64,000 bases of DNA from Dehalococcoidia bacterium (GTDB taxonomy: Bacteria; Chloroflexota; Dehalococcoidia; Plut-88900), in NCBI GenBank assembly GCA_965197585.1, contig OZ240215.1:992001-1056000 (forward strand), read 5' to 3'. Positions 55,514-64,000 of this stretch are shown in pieces; the stretch's first letter is position 1, and the number at the start of each line of letters is the position of its first letter. Made by a program: the position numbers and the translations under genes. The notes beneath the pieces were generated by a model. It searched no databases, was not told the origin of the DNA, and was given only the letters and a program-made list of their open reading frames with translations.

Positions 55514-56269
55514 CTAGCTGAGGTGCCTCTCGAAGAAGTCCCAGATCCTGGCCCAGCCGTCGACAGCATGCTCTACGCGGTAGGCGGGGCGATGGTAGTA
55601 AAAGAAGCCGTGGCCCGCGTTGGGATACCTGTGGAACTCGTAGTTCTTCCCGTGCTTCTTCAGCTCGGCTTCATGAATGTCTACCTGCTCCGGCGTTGGA
55701 GATTGGTCATCCAAGCCGAAGAGCCCGAGGATGGGGCACGAGACGTTCGCAGTGTAGTCGATTGGAGCGACAGGGTTCTTGTCGTTTAGCTGGTCCTTGG
55801 ACATGACGACTCCCCCGCCCCAGCAGTCGACCCCGGCATCGAATCCCGACTCCCGGCCCACGGTTAACATGACGTGTCGGCCGCCGGAGCAAGTACCGAA
55901 CACGCCGACCTTGCGGTTGTGGTACGGCAGGACCCGGAGGTATCTCATAGCCCCTACGATGTCACCGACAGCCTGATCATCGGGGACACCACCGTCGGCC
56001 CAGACCCTGGCGCCAACGTCTTCAGGGTCGCCGTGACCCTCGCGATGATAGAGATTTGGTGAGATGGCCGCGAAGCCGTGGTGCGCGAACCGGCGCGCGG
56101 CCTCCCTGTACCACTCGTCCCAGCCGGGCAGGTGATGGATGAGCACCACGCCCGGGAAGGGGCCGCTGCCCAGCGGACGGGCGAAGTAGGCGTTGATAGA
56201 GTCTCCGTTGTGTCCATGCATGGTTATGGTCTCGGCCAGCATGCCTTCGTACATATTCGTCTGGTACAT
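55514..56269 (-). CDS. Dienelactone hydrolase family protein
   Basis: GTCSGG (Cys nucleophile), D, AGHGF. Confidence 0.9.
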   Translation of the reverse strand: MYQTNMYEGMLAETITMHGHNGDSINAYFARPLGSGPFPGVVLIHHLPGWDEWYREAARRFAHHGFAAISPNLYHREGHGDPEDVGARVWADGGVPDDQAVGDIVGAMRYLRVLPYHNRKVGVFGTCSGGRHVMLTVGRESGFDAGVDCWGGGVVMSKDQLNDKNPVAPIDYTANVSCPILGLFGLDDQSPTPEQVDIHEAELKKHGKNYEFHRYPNAGHGFFYYHRPAYRVEHAVDGWARIWDFFERHLS

Positions 56270-56321
56270 AAATCGCCTCCTTGAGTTCTGGGAGCTTTAC
56301 TTGGTCTGTGGCCGGGGTACG

Positions 56322-57311
56322 TTATGCCTTCTCGACGGCAGGAATGATCTCCTTGGCGAAAATCTCGGACTGGTCCAGCATGTCCTGGAAATCGTCTGTG
56401 GCGGTGTGCATCACGATGAAGTGGTCGACGCCCATCTTCTTTAGCCCGACCAATCTTTCGATGATCTCGTCCGTAGTCCCAATCCAGTGACCGCTCACCA
56501 GGTCCTCGGTGGGGGTGTTCCTACGGAAGTAGCCGAGAGTGCTGTCCTGGTAGCGCTTGACCGCCAGATCATGGTCTTTTTCGACCCGAAGGTCGGCCCA
56601 TACGCAGAAGTCGATGTCGGAAATGGTCCTACCGTTCTCTTCGAGCATGGGGGCAAGAGATTTGAGGACTGTCGGGGTCTCGGGGTCACGGACCATGGGC
56701 CCGAGACCGTACTTGGCGGTCCTCCTGAGAGAAGCCTCGCCGTGGGCTGCCAGGTACATGGGCAGCGGTCGTTGCACGGGTTTGGGACTGAGCTCCATAC
56801 TCCCGAACTCCACGTATTTACCGGAATAGGAGGCCGGGCCATCGCCGTTTAGGAGCAATGCCAGGGCGTCCAACTTCTCATCGAGCATGTTTCCCCGATG
56901 AGCGCCTCGGCTCCGCGGCCTTACGGTGACGAACTCCTCCCGAGAGCCGCCGAGGCCCAAACCCAACAGGAACCGCCCATTGCTGAATTGGTCAAGGGTC
57001 GCCGACTGCTTGGCCAGGATGACGGGGTCCCGTAGAGGGATGATTACCACACCGGCGCCCAGTTTAATGGTCTTCGTGACGCCGGAAAGGCTGGCGAGGC
57101 TGATCATAAGCTCGTACCAGTTGGGCTCAGTGTCGTCGGATGGACGGCCTCTGAGGTCGGAGACCGGGGCGGTGAAGTCGAACCCCCAAAGGGCGTAGTA
57201 GCCGAGCCGCTCGGCGTCCTGGGCGAAGTGCACAAGCTCCGCAGGCCCGGCAAAGTTGGCCGGGACCAGGAAACCCTCCATGCAATTGGGCAGGGCGATG
57301 TCGAACTTCAT
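56322..57311 (-). CDS. LLM-class oxidoreductase, probably F420-dependent type
   Basis: RDPVILAKQ.ATLD..SNGR..LGLG.G, PKPVQ. Confidence 0.88.
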   Translation of the reverse strand: MKFDIALPNCMEGFLVPANFAGPAELVHFAQDAERLGYYALWGFDFTAPVSDLRGRPSDDTEPNWYELMISLASLSGVTKTIKLGAGVVIIPLRDPVILAKQSATLDQFSNGRFLLGLGLGGSREEFVTVRPRSRGAHRGNMLDEKLDALALLLNGDGPASYSGKYVEFGSMELSPKPVQRPLPMYLAAHGEASLRRTAKYGLGPMVRDPETPTVLKSLAPMLEENGRTISDIDFCVWADLRVEKDHDLAVKRYQDSTLGYFRRNTPTEDLVSGHWIGTTDEIIERLVGLKKMGVDHFIVMHTATDDFQDMLDQSEIFAKEIIPAVEKA

Positions 57312-57477
57312 TGTTGTTCTCCGTGTGAGGGGTGGGGGCGGGGATGAGGTTATTCTAATGGGAGGGGGGTGGGTGAGCAATGGAGTCGTTCATAGCTAGG
57401 GGAGTCCTGTGTCGGGGCACGGTGACGATGGAGAATAGAAGGAGTGGGAAGCTAATGGAGGAGCGCAGGTGAGCCGG

Positions 57478-57818
57478 CTATTCTTCTTGCAACAATGCAT
57501 CGACTTCCTTGGCTAGTGTTGGGAGATTCAATTCTACAACGCCCCAGACCAAACGATTGTCGACGTCCGCGTATCCATGAATCAAGACGTTGCGGAAGGC
57601 CTGATGCGCCTATACTGGGTGATCCTGCCGACCAACTCTTCGTCCACCCCGGCAAGGCGGGTCATGGCCTCGCCTATGATCTCGAACTCTCTCTCCACAG
57701 CAGCGCACAACATTGCGTCACTTTCGTAGTCCTCAAAAATCTTGTCCCTAGTGAAATCTTGGAGCAAGGTGACGGCACTCTTAATGTCGTGCAGGTATTT
57801 CTTCGCCTGGAGCGCCAT
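57478..57818 (-). pseudogene. HEPN/DUF86 (HepT-like) RNase toxin with a single-base frameshift
   Basis: AAVEREFEIIGEA...YRRI, then the frame shifts near 57601 to AFRNVLIHGYADVDNRLVW...LLQEE*. Confidence 0.85.
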
Positions 57819-58116
57819 ATACGGACATCCTTGTCTTCTGTACCACTTCGAGGAAGTACGGATTCCTGATAGCTGAGCCGACCACCAAGTCCACGGGCTT
57901 GTTGAAGAGGCTTTCCAAGGACTCCCAGAGGCCGAAATAGGCGTCCGCATAGGCCCCGAAGCCCGTGGGTCGGAATTCGACCACGAAATCCAAGTCGCTG
58001 CCCTTTGTATAGCCCTCACCGGTTGCAGCGGAGCCGAACAGACTGAGACATAGCACGTTATGCCGGCGACAAAGCCGTTTTATGTCTGCGTAACTTTCTG
58101 CCACTACTTCGATCAT
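57781..58116 (-). CDS. Minimal nucleotidyltransferase (MNT) antitoxin
   Basis: LFGSAATG...SDLDFVV, VDLV, IRNPYF. Confidence 0.88.
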   Translation of the reverse strand: MIEVVAESYADIKRLCRRHNVLCLSLFGSAATGEGYTKGSDLDFVVEFRPTGFGAYADAYFGLWESLESLFNKPVDLVVGSAIRNPYFLEVVQKTRMSVYGAPGEEIPARH

Positions 58117-58332
58117 TGATGGTCTCCCGGTCTGAGGCCCCAGCCTTTGTGCTCGTCGTCAATATGTGCTTTGGCCTGTATGTGTCGTTCCGATATCCTG
58201 CTGCCCTCCTCCTAGGAGCCATTCTAACATGGACCCGGAGTCGTCTTGAGCCAATGCGGAACAGTGGCGATTGAGGTAGTAACGGGCTAAGATTGGGGGC
58301 CGAGTCCGACACGAGAGTAGAAAGGGACCGAT

Positions 58333-59250
58333 TTGAAATTAGGCATGGTAGGCCTCGGGCGGATGGGCGCAAACATGGCCCTGCGTCTGATGAGGGGCGG
58401 CCACGAAGTCGTGGCCTATGACCCGCAACTCGAGGCAGTACGGGCCATCGAGAGTGAAGGCGCTTCGGGTGCAAACTCCCTTGAGGAGTTGGTTGAAACA
58501 CTGACCTCCCCCAAAGCGGTATGGGTGATGGCCCCTGCAGGAGACCCTACCGAAACCACGATTCACGCTCTTAGTAATCTCCTATTTACCGGCGACGTCG
58601 TAGTGGATGGAGGCAATGCGTTCTACAAGGACAGTATGCGCCGCGCCGAGATGCTTAAGGAGAAGGGAATCGGATATCTGGATGCCGGCACCAGTGGAGG
58701 CGTCTGGGGTCTGGAGGAGGGCTATTGCCTGATGGTCGGCGGGGATGAGTGGGCCTATGAATTCATGCTGCCCGCGCTGGAGACCCTGGCCCCGAGCGGA
58801 GGAGTGGGTCTCGGAAGAGTGGGAGCGGCGGGCGCGGGCCACTTCGTAAAGATGGTTCACAACGCGGTCGAATACGGACTAATGCAGGCCTACGCCGAGG
58901 GTTTCGAATTGATGTCGGCAAGCGATAAATTTGACATAAACCTAGAGCAGGTGGCCGAGACTTGGCGTCACGGCAGTGTCGTTCGCTCATGGCTGCTGGA
59001 CCTGACCGCCCGAGCCCTGAAGGATGACCCGGGTTTGGCAGGCATACGTGCGTACGTGGAAGACACGGGTGAAGGGCGGTGGGCTGTGCAAGAGTCGGTT
59101 GATCTGTCGGTGCCCGTGCCAGTGATCGCGGCATCGCTGCAGGCCCGGTTCCGGTCTCGGCAGGAAGAGCCCTTGGGCGCGAGGCTGCTGGCCGCGCTTC
59201 GCAAGGAGTTCGGTGGACACCAGGTTATGAAATCGGACGATGGAAGATAA
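58333..59250 (+). CDS. gnd: 6-phosphogluconate dehydrogenase (decarboxylating), short NAD-type
   Basis: GLGRMG, DAGTSGG, GHFVKMVHNAVEYG, SWLL, GEGRW, FGGH. Confidence 0.93.
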   Translation: MKLGMVGLGRMGANMALRLMRGGHEVVAYDPQLEAVRAIESEGASGANSLEELVETLTSPKAVWVMAPAGDPTETTIHALSNLLFTGDVVVDGGNAFYKDSMRRAEMLKEKGIGYLDAGTSGGVWGLEEGYCLMVGGDEWAYEFMLPALETLAPSGGVGLGRVGAAGAGHFVKMVHNAVEYGLMQAYAEGFELMSASDKFDINLEQVAETWRHGSVVRSWLLDLTARALKDDPGLAGIRAYVEDTGEGRWAVQESVDLSVPVPVIAASLQARFRSRQEEPLGARLLAALRKEFGGHQVMKSDDGR

Positions 59251-59252
59251 AT

Positions 59253-60671
59253 ATGAAAGATTTGTATAAGCAGACAGCCCGGCAGATGGTAGAGCTTCTG
59301 CGAACGCGACAGGTCAGTCCCCTGGAGGCGATTGACGCTTCCGTGGCCCGTATCGAGGAGACGGACGGCCATCTTAACGCCCTCCCGACCCTCTGCGTGG
59401 AGCGGGCAAGGGAGAATGCGAAGAAACTGATGGCGGAGCCGCCTCGGGAACCGGGGCGAGGGAATCTCTACGGCTTGCCCATAGCCGTGAAGGACTTGGT
59501 AGACGTGGCCGGGGTGCGATCCACCAAGGGTTCGCCTATCTACGCGAACCGGGTTCCGAGGGAGTCCTCCTACTCGGTGGGGATTCTGGAGGCCAACGGG
59601 GCGGTGGTGATCGGCAAATCGAATACACCGGAGTTTGGGGCGGGCGCCAACACTTTCAACGAGGTGTTCGGGAAGACCCGGAACCCGTGGGACACCCGTA
59701 CCACTTGTGGAGGCTCTTCGGGTGGCTCGGCGACGGCTTTGGCCTCGGGTCAGCTCTGGCTGGCCACGGGGAGCGACCTTGGCGGGAGCCTGAGAATTCC
59801 TGCGAGCTTTTGCTCGGTGGTGGGCCTGCGCCCGAGCCCCGGCCGCGTGCCGGAAGGGCCCAAGGCATTGCCGTTCGAGACACTGTCGGTAGACGGGCCG
59901 ATGGGCCGTACCGTCGGGGACACGGCCCTTATGCTCGACGCGGAGGCAGGGCATCATCCCGGTGACCCCTTGAGCTACCCCGCCCCCGAGTCCTCATACG
60001 TGGAAGCTGTGAACAACCCCAATCCCCCTACCCGGATCGCCTACACACCCGATCTCGGCATCGCTCCCGTGGTGTCAGAGGTGAAGGATCTCTGCGCCAA
60101 GGCAGTAAAGCTCTTCGATGGGATAGCCGAGGTGGAAGAGGACACCATCGACCTGCACGACGCCCGGGACACCTTTCAAACTCTGCGTGCATCCCAGTTC
60201 GCGGCGAACATGAAACCGCTGCTCGGAACACATAGAGACCAGCTGAAGCCGGAAGTCATCTGGAACATCGAAAAGGGGTTGGCTTTAAGTCGGCGGGATG
60301 TAGAGAAGGCACAGGCGGCTCGCGGTGCGTTGTTTCACCGAGTCACAGCCTTCTTCCAGAAGTACGACTTGCTGGTCTGTCCAACAGTCTCGGTCCCTCC
60401 ATTCGACGTGGATATCCGCTACCTGACGGAGATTGAAGGCGTGGAGCTGGACAACTACGTCGATTGGCTGCTGCTGACCTTCGCTCTGACACTGACGGCT
60501 TGCCCGGCGATATCCGTGCCGTGCGGCTTTACGGAGTCGGGGTTGCCGGTCGGGCTGCAGATCGTAGGTCCGCCGAGGGGCGAAGCCCCGATGCTCTCAG
60601 CGGCGGCCCTGTTCGAGCAGGCTGCGGGTCTGGCGTCGAAGGTGCCGATTCATCCGGTCGTAAGGCACTAG
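59253..60671 (+). CDS. Amidase signature family protein
   Basis: GLPIAVKD, GGSSGGS, GSDLGGSLRIPA. Confidence 0.92.
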   Translation: MKDLYKQTARQMVELLRTRQVSPLEAIDASVARIEETDGHLNALPTLCVERARENAKKLMAEPPREPGRGNLYGLPIAVKDLVDVAGVRSTKGSPIYANRVPRESSYSVGILEANGAVVIGKSNTPEFGAGANTFNEVFGKTRNPWDTRTTCGGSSGGSATALASGQLWLATGSDLGGSLRIPASFCSVVGLRPSPGRVPEGPKALPFETLSVDGPMGRTVGDTALMLDAEAGHHPGDPLSYPAPESSYVEAVNNPNPPTRIAYTPDLGIAPVVSEVKDLCAKAVKLFDGIAEVEEDTIDLHDARDTFQTLRASQFAANMKPLLGTHRDQLKPEVIWNIEKGLALSRRDVEKAQAARGALFHRVTAFFQKYDLLVCPTVSVPPFDVDIRYLTEIEGVELDNYVDWLLLTFALTLTACPAISVPCGFTESGLPVGLQIVGPPRGEAPMLSAAALFEQAAGLASKVPIHPVVRH

Positions 60672-60763
60672 GCAACTGGGCTAGGGGAAGACCTGCTCAT
60701 ATCGGCGGAGGAAGTGGCGCCCATGATGGGCTTGACCTCTCTAGCGTAGAGTCATAGCCGCTC

Positions 60764-61915
60764 CTAGGAAATGATCGCTAACTCCTCGCTGCCTGGTGTG
60801 AGTTGCTCCAGTCCCTCGTTGGTGAGCAGATAGCTGGCCCCGACCAACGCCCCGATGCCCTCGTCTGGAATCTGGATGGACGTGTGGAGATAGAAGGACA
60901 TCCCCGACCGGAATACCTCCTTTGACTCCTTTATGATGCTCATGGTGTCAACCCAGCTGGGCGGAAACGCTGCCGAGATTCCAATTCCGAAGCGCATGTT
61001 GGAGAACTGGGAGAACCCACTGCGTTCCATGGGCGCGATGGAAGCCTCTTCAGCGGCGGCTACCCTCTCGCCGACGGCTATGGCCTTAGCCCCGGTCAAC
61101 AGCGAGTCCCGACCCGCCTTGTGCATCGCCCGGACCCGCGTGCTCGGGCCTCCGAGGGAGAAGGTCTTCATGGTGACGCACTGGTAGCGCCGGGCGATAC
61201 CGGCAAACTCGATGCACACGACGTCGCCATTCTCCATAATGCGGCCCGTGGCCTGGCTGTGAGCGTTGGGGGACCGAGGCCCGCTTCTCACCCACGTGGG
61301 CATTGCGGCGTAGTCGCAGCCACGGGAGCGCATGGCGTACTCGATCTCGGCGGCCAATTGGATCTCGGAGATTCCGGGTCGGATCGCGGCCACGGCCGTG
61401 TCCATGCCGATATTGGCATATGATGCGGCCTCTCGAATATAGCCAATCTCATCGGTAGACTTGACGAGCCTCAGGCTGTTGATAAGCTCGGTGGCATCAA
61501 CTATCTGGGAGGGCGCAAGGGCGTCTCTGAGGCGCTGGACATAACCCGCGGATGCTGAAAAGGAGCCGAGGTCCACTCCAATTTTCTTGCCTACCAACCC
61601 CTTCTCCTTGACCGCCTCCCCGACCAGGTCCGCCGGGTCATCCTTGCCGTAGTGGAAGGTGCGGAAGTCGCTGATCCAGGCCGTCTCTCGAGACACGGGC
61701 TCGTCAACCTCACGGATGACGAGGCTGGGCTCGTCATCACCGGTAGTGAAGATCAAGGCTTGGTCGCTGAAGAAGGTGTAGGCCTCGTGGCCGGCGAAAT
61801 AGTAGAGGAGCTCAGGTGCGATGCAAATACATCCGTCCAGGCCCTGGTCTCGGAGAAAGTCTCGGGCGCGGGCGAGGCGGTCTCGGTACTCGGATTCAGG
61901 GAAGGCGGGTGGCAT
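60764..61915 (-). CDS. M24/creatinase-fold hydrolase (paralog of 32240-33409)
   Basis: F.ESEYR.R, HEAYTFF, RLVKS, RFGIGI..AFPPSW. Confidence 0.85.
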   Translation of the reverse strand: MPPAFPESEYRDRLARARDFLRDQGLDGCICIAPELLYYFAGHEAYTFFSDQALIFTTGDDEPSLVIREVDEPVSRETAWISDFRTFHYGKDDPADLVGEAVKEKGLVGKKIGVDLGSFSASAGYVQRLRDALAPSQIVDATELINSLRLVKSTDEIGYIREAASYANIGMDTAVAAIRPGISEIQLAAEIEYAMRSRGCDYAAMPTWVRSGPRSPNAHSQATGRIMENGDVVCIEFAGIARRYQCVTMKTFSLGGPSTRVRAMHKAGRDSLLTGAKAIAVGERVAAAEEASIAPMERSGFSQFSNMRFGIGISAAFPPSWVDTMSIIKESKEVFRSGMSFYLHTSIQIPDEGIGALVGASYLLTNEGLEQLTPGSEELAIIS

Positions 61916-61985
61916 GGTTTGTCTCCGTGACAGGGAAAGTTTGGGTTGAGGCATGGTACTGAATCGGCAATGAAGATTCAATGAA

Positions 61986-62021
61986 GCATCTTGACATCAA
62001 CTTGTTGTGACACTAAGATGC
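61986..62021 (+). promoter_or_regulatory. Leaderless TA promoter with inverted-repeat operator
   Basis: TTGACA-17-TAAGAT with ATG 7 nt later; GCATCTT/AAGATGC inverted repeat overlaps -35 and -10. Confidence 0.7.
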
Positions 62022-62025
62022 CTGC

Positions 62026-62286
62026 ATGAGAACTACCTTGACTTTGGACAATGATCTGGCCGAGGCGCTCAAAGAGCGATCCCGTCTCCTGGACGTGCCT
62101 TTCAAGCAAGTCGTGAACGACGTACTGCGTCGAGGGCTTTCGCTTGGCACAATTAAGGAAGCCCCGGCGAAATACAGGGTGAAGCCCAATCGGAGTGGCT
62201 TCCTTCCCGGTGTAGATCCATTGAAACTGAACCAACTCAACGACGAGCTTGAGGTCCAAGACTTCCTCGAATCGGAGCGCCGGTGA
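62026..62286 (+). CDS. vapB: VapB-type RHH antitoxin
   Basis: MRTTLTLD.DL...K.VVN..LRRGL; overlaps the PIN toxin start (GTGA). Confidence 0.85.
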   Translation: MRTTLTLDNDLAEALKERSRLLDVPFKQVVNDVLRRGLSLGTIKEAPAKYRVKPNRSGFLPGVDPLKLNQLNDELEVQDFLESERR

Positions 62287-62708
62287 TTGTCCCCGACCTC
62301 AACCTGCTAGTCTACGCCCACAATGATTCCACTCCCTTCCATGACCCTGCGCTAGTATGGTGGGAAGGGCTGATTAACGGCTCTGAGAGGGTGGGGGTGC
62401 CGTGGATTGTTTTAGCAGGATTTGTGAGGTTGATGACGCATCGTCGGATGCTGGCGAATCCTGTTACGACCACCCAGGCAATAGACTACATTCGCGAGTG
62501 GTTCCGGTTTCCACACGTTATGCCGATCAATCCTGGAGTCGGTCACCTGGACCACTTTCAGAGGAACCTGAAGGCTGCCGGAGTGGGCGGAAACCTTGTT
62601 ACCGACGCCCATATCGCTGCCCTCGCCATGGAATACCAGGCTGAAGTACATTCCAACGACACTGATTTCAGCCGCTTCCCCGGCCTCCGTTGGCGTAATC
62701 CCCTTTAG
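62283..62708 (+). CDS. vapC: VapC PIN-domain toxin
   Basis: PDLNLLVYAH, DAHIAALA.E, S.D.DF.RF. Confidence 0.9.
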   Translation: MIVPDLNLLVYAHNDSTPFHDPALVWWEGLINGSERVGVPWIVLAGFVRLMTHRRMLANPVTTTQAIDYIREWFRFPHVMPINPGVGHLDHFQRNLKAAGVGGNLVTDAHIAALAMEYQAEVHSNDTDFSRFPGLRWRNPL

Positions 62709-62728
62709 TCCCAATAGGAGCAAAGGCA

Positions 62729-63946
62729 ATGTCTCAGGTGCTAAAAGGGATAAAAGTCCTGGAACTCGGCAGCTTCGTGGCTGTGCCGGCGGCAGGGACG
62801 ATTCTGTCCGACCTCGGGGCTGAGGTGGTGAAGGTCGAGCACCCCGTGACCGGAGACCCGGGCCGGGGGTTCGACGTGAACACGAAGGGTGTGATCACTC
62901 ATGAGGGGGGACTCAACGTCTCCTTCGAATTGTTGAACCGAGGCAAGAAGAGCATCGCCCTGGACCTGGCGAGTCCGGCAGGGCAGGAGGTCGTCCACCG
63001 GCTGACCGCGCATTTCGACGTGGTTGTCACCAATCTGACGCCTCACCGGCAGGAACGCTACCGCATGCGGTACGAAGACCTGGCGGCAGTTAACGAGAAG
63101 CTGATATACGTCGTGCTCACGGGTTACGGGATGGAGGGTCCGGAGCGAAATCGTTCGGGCTTCGACTATGCGGCTTTCTGGGCCCGGTCGGGGCTGATGG
63201 GTATGTTGGGACAGCGGGGCGGCCCCCCTGTGCAGGAACGCCCCGCTATGGGCGACCTGACGACTGCGCTGGGTTTGACGACCGCCGTCGGGATGGCCCT
63301 GTTTGAGCGTGAGAGGTCGGGCAAGGGGCAGCGGATCGACACCTCGCTTCTGCACACGGGGATGTGGGTCATGGGTACCGACCTGATAGTAGCCCTCAAA
63401 GACCGGGTCCCGGTGCAGCGTAACCTCCGAACCGACGTCATTAACCCGATCTTCAACTTCTATGAGGCCAAGGACGGGAAGTGGATGCAGTTGGTGATGG
63501 TGCACGGGTACAAGTATTGGCCCAACTTTTGCCGTGCCCTGGAGATCGAGGAGCTTATTGACGATCCGAGGTTCGATTCGCTGGACAAACGCTATGAGAA
63601 CAACAGCGAGCTGATCAATATTCTCGATGACAGGTTCGCCGAAAGGACTCGGGACGAGTGGGCCGAGCGGCTGGAGGCCGAGGGCTGCATGTGGGGCCCG
63701 GTGCAGAGCCTGGATGAGGTGATAGCCGACCCCCAGGCCGAGGCCAACGGCTACTTCCTGGACATGACCCATCCGTCAGAAGGCGATTTCACTCTGGTCT
63801 CGCCACCGCTGAAATTCACCCGTACTCCTGCCCGGACACCCGACGTGGCCCCCGAGTTCGGCCAGCACACGGAAGAGCAGCTCCTCTCCGTGGGCTACAC
63901 CTGGGACGAGATATCCCGGCTCAGGGACGAAGGGGCAATAGTCTAA
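62729..63946 (+). CDS. Family III CoA-transferase (CaiB/BaiF)
   Basis: DLGAEVVKVE, NRGKKS, GD catalytic Asp, APEFGQHT. Confidence 0.92.
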   Translation: MSQVLKGIKVLELGSFVAVPAAGTILSDLGAEVVKVEHPVTGDPGRGFDVNTKGVITHEGGLNVSFELLNRGKKSIALDLASPAGQEVVHRLTAHFDVVVTNLTPHRQERYRMRYEDLAAVNEKLIYVVLTGYGMEGPERNRSGFDYAAFWARSGLMGMLGQRGGPPVQERPAMGDLTTALGLTTAVGMALFERERSGKGQRIDTSLLHTGMWVMGTDLIVALKDRVPVQRNLRTDVINPIFNFYEAKDGKWMQLVMVHGYKYWPNFCRALEIEELIDDPRFDSLDKRYENNSELINILDDRFAERTRDEWAERLEAEGCMWGPVQSLDEVIADPQAEANGYFLDMTHPSEGDFTLVSPPLKFTRTPARTPDVAPEFGQHTEEQLLSVGYTWDEISRLRDEGAIV

Positions 63947-63956
63947 CCGCAAAAAG

Positions 63957-63990
63957 AAAGGGGAGGACGCCTGAGCGTCCTCCCCTTTTA
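63957..63990 (+). terminator. Intrinsic terminator
   Basis: AAAGGGGAGGACGC-ctga-GCGTCCTCCCCTTTT. Confidence 0.85.
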
Positions 63991-64000
63991 CTTTCCTCAG

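Overview
GC-rich bacterial chromosome segment made almost entirely of paralogous catabolic enzymes: six luciferase-like monooxygenases (LLM), several amidohydrolases, four M24-fold proteins, family III CoA-transferases, acyl-CoA dehydrogenases, and a Rieske oxygenase with an extradiol dioxygenase. This content suggests SAR202/Dehalococcoidia (Chloroflexota), which is an inference. No rRNA, tRNA or CRISPR array was seen. Accessory content: an intact IS481-family element (15810-16865) inserted inside a REP-like palindrome; several REP-like palindrome families, some nested; three TA loci (VapBC intact, MNT-HEPN with a frameshifted toxin, an orphan FitA-like antitoxin); a low-GC islet; and a two-gene cassette flanked by a 75-bp duplication of a host gene's 3' end. 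The main unexplained signal is a ~670-bp unit present twice (16964-17625 and 54395-55082) with no conserved ORF. Each copy has a sigma70-like promoter carrying a LexA-like box, a perfect Shine-Dalgarno with no start codon, a conserved leader, and a 16-17-bp long-range inverted repeat enclosing a diverged 344/379-nt core. All annotations were made by eye from motifs; no searches were run.
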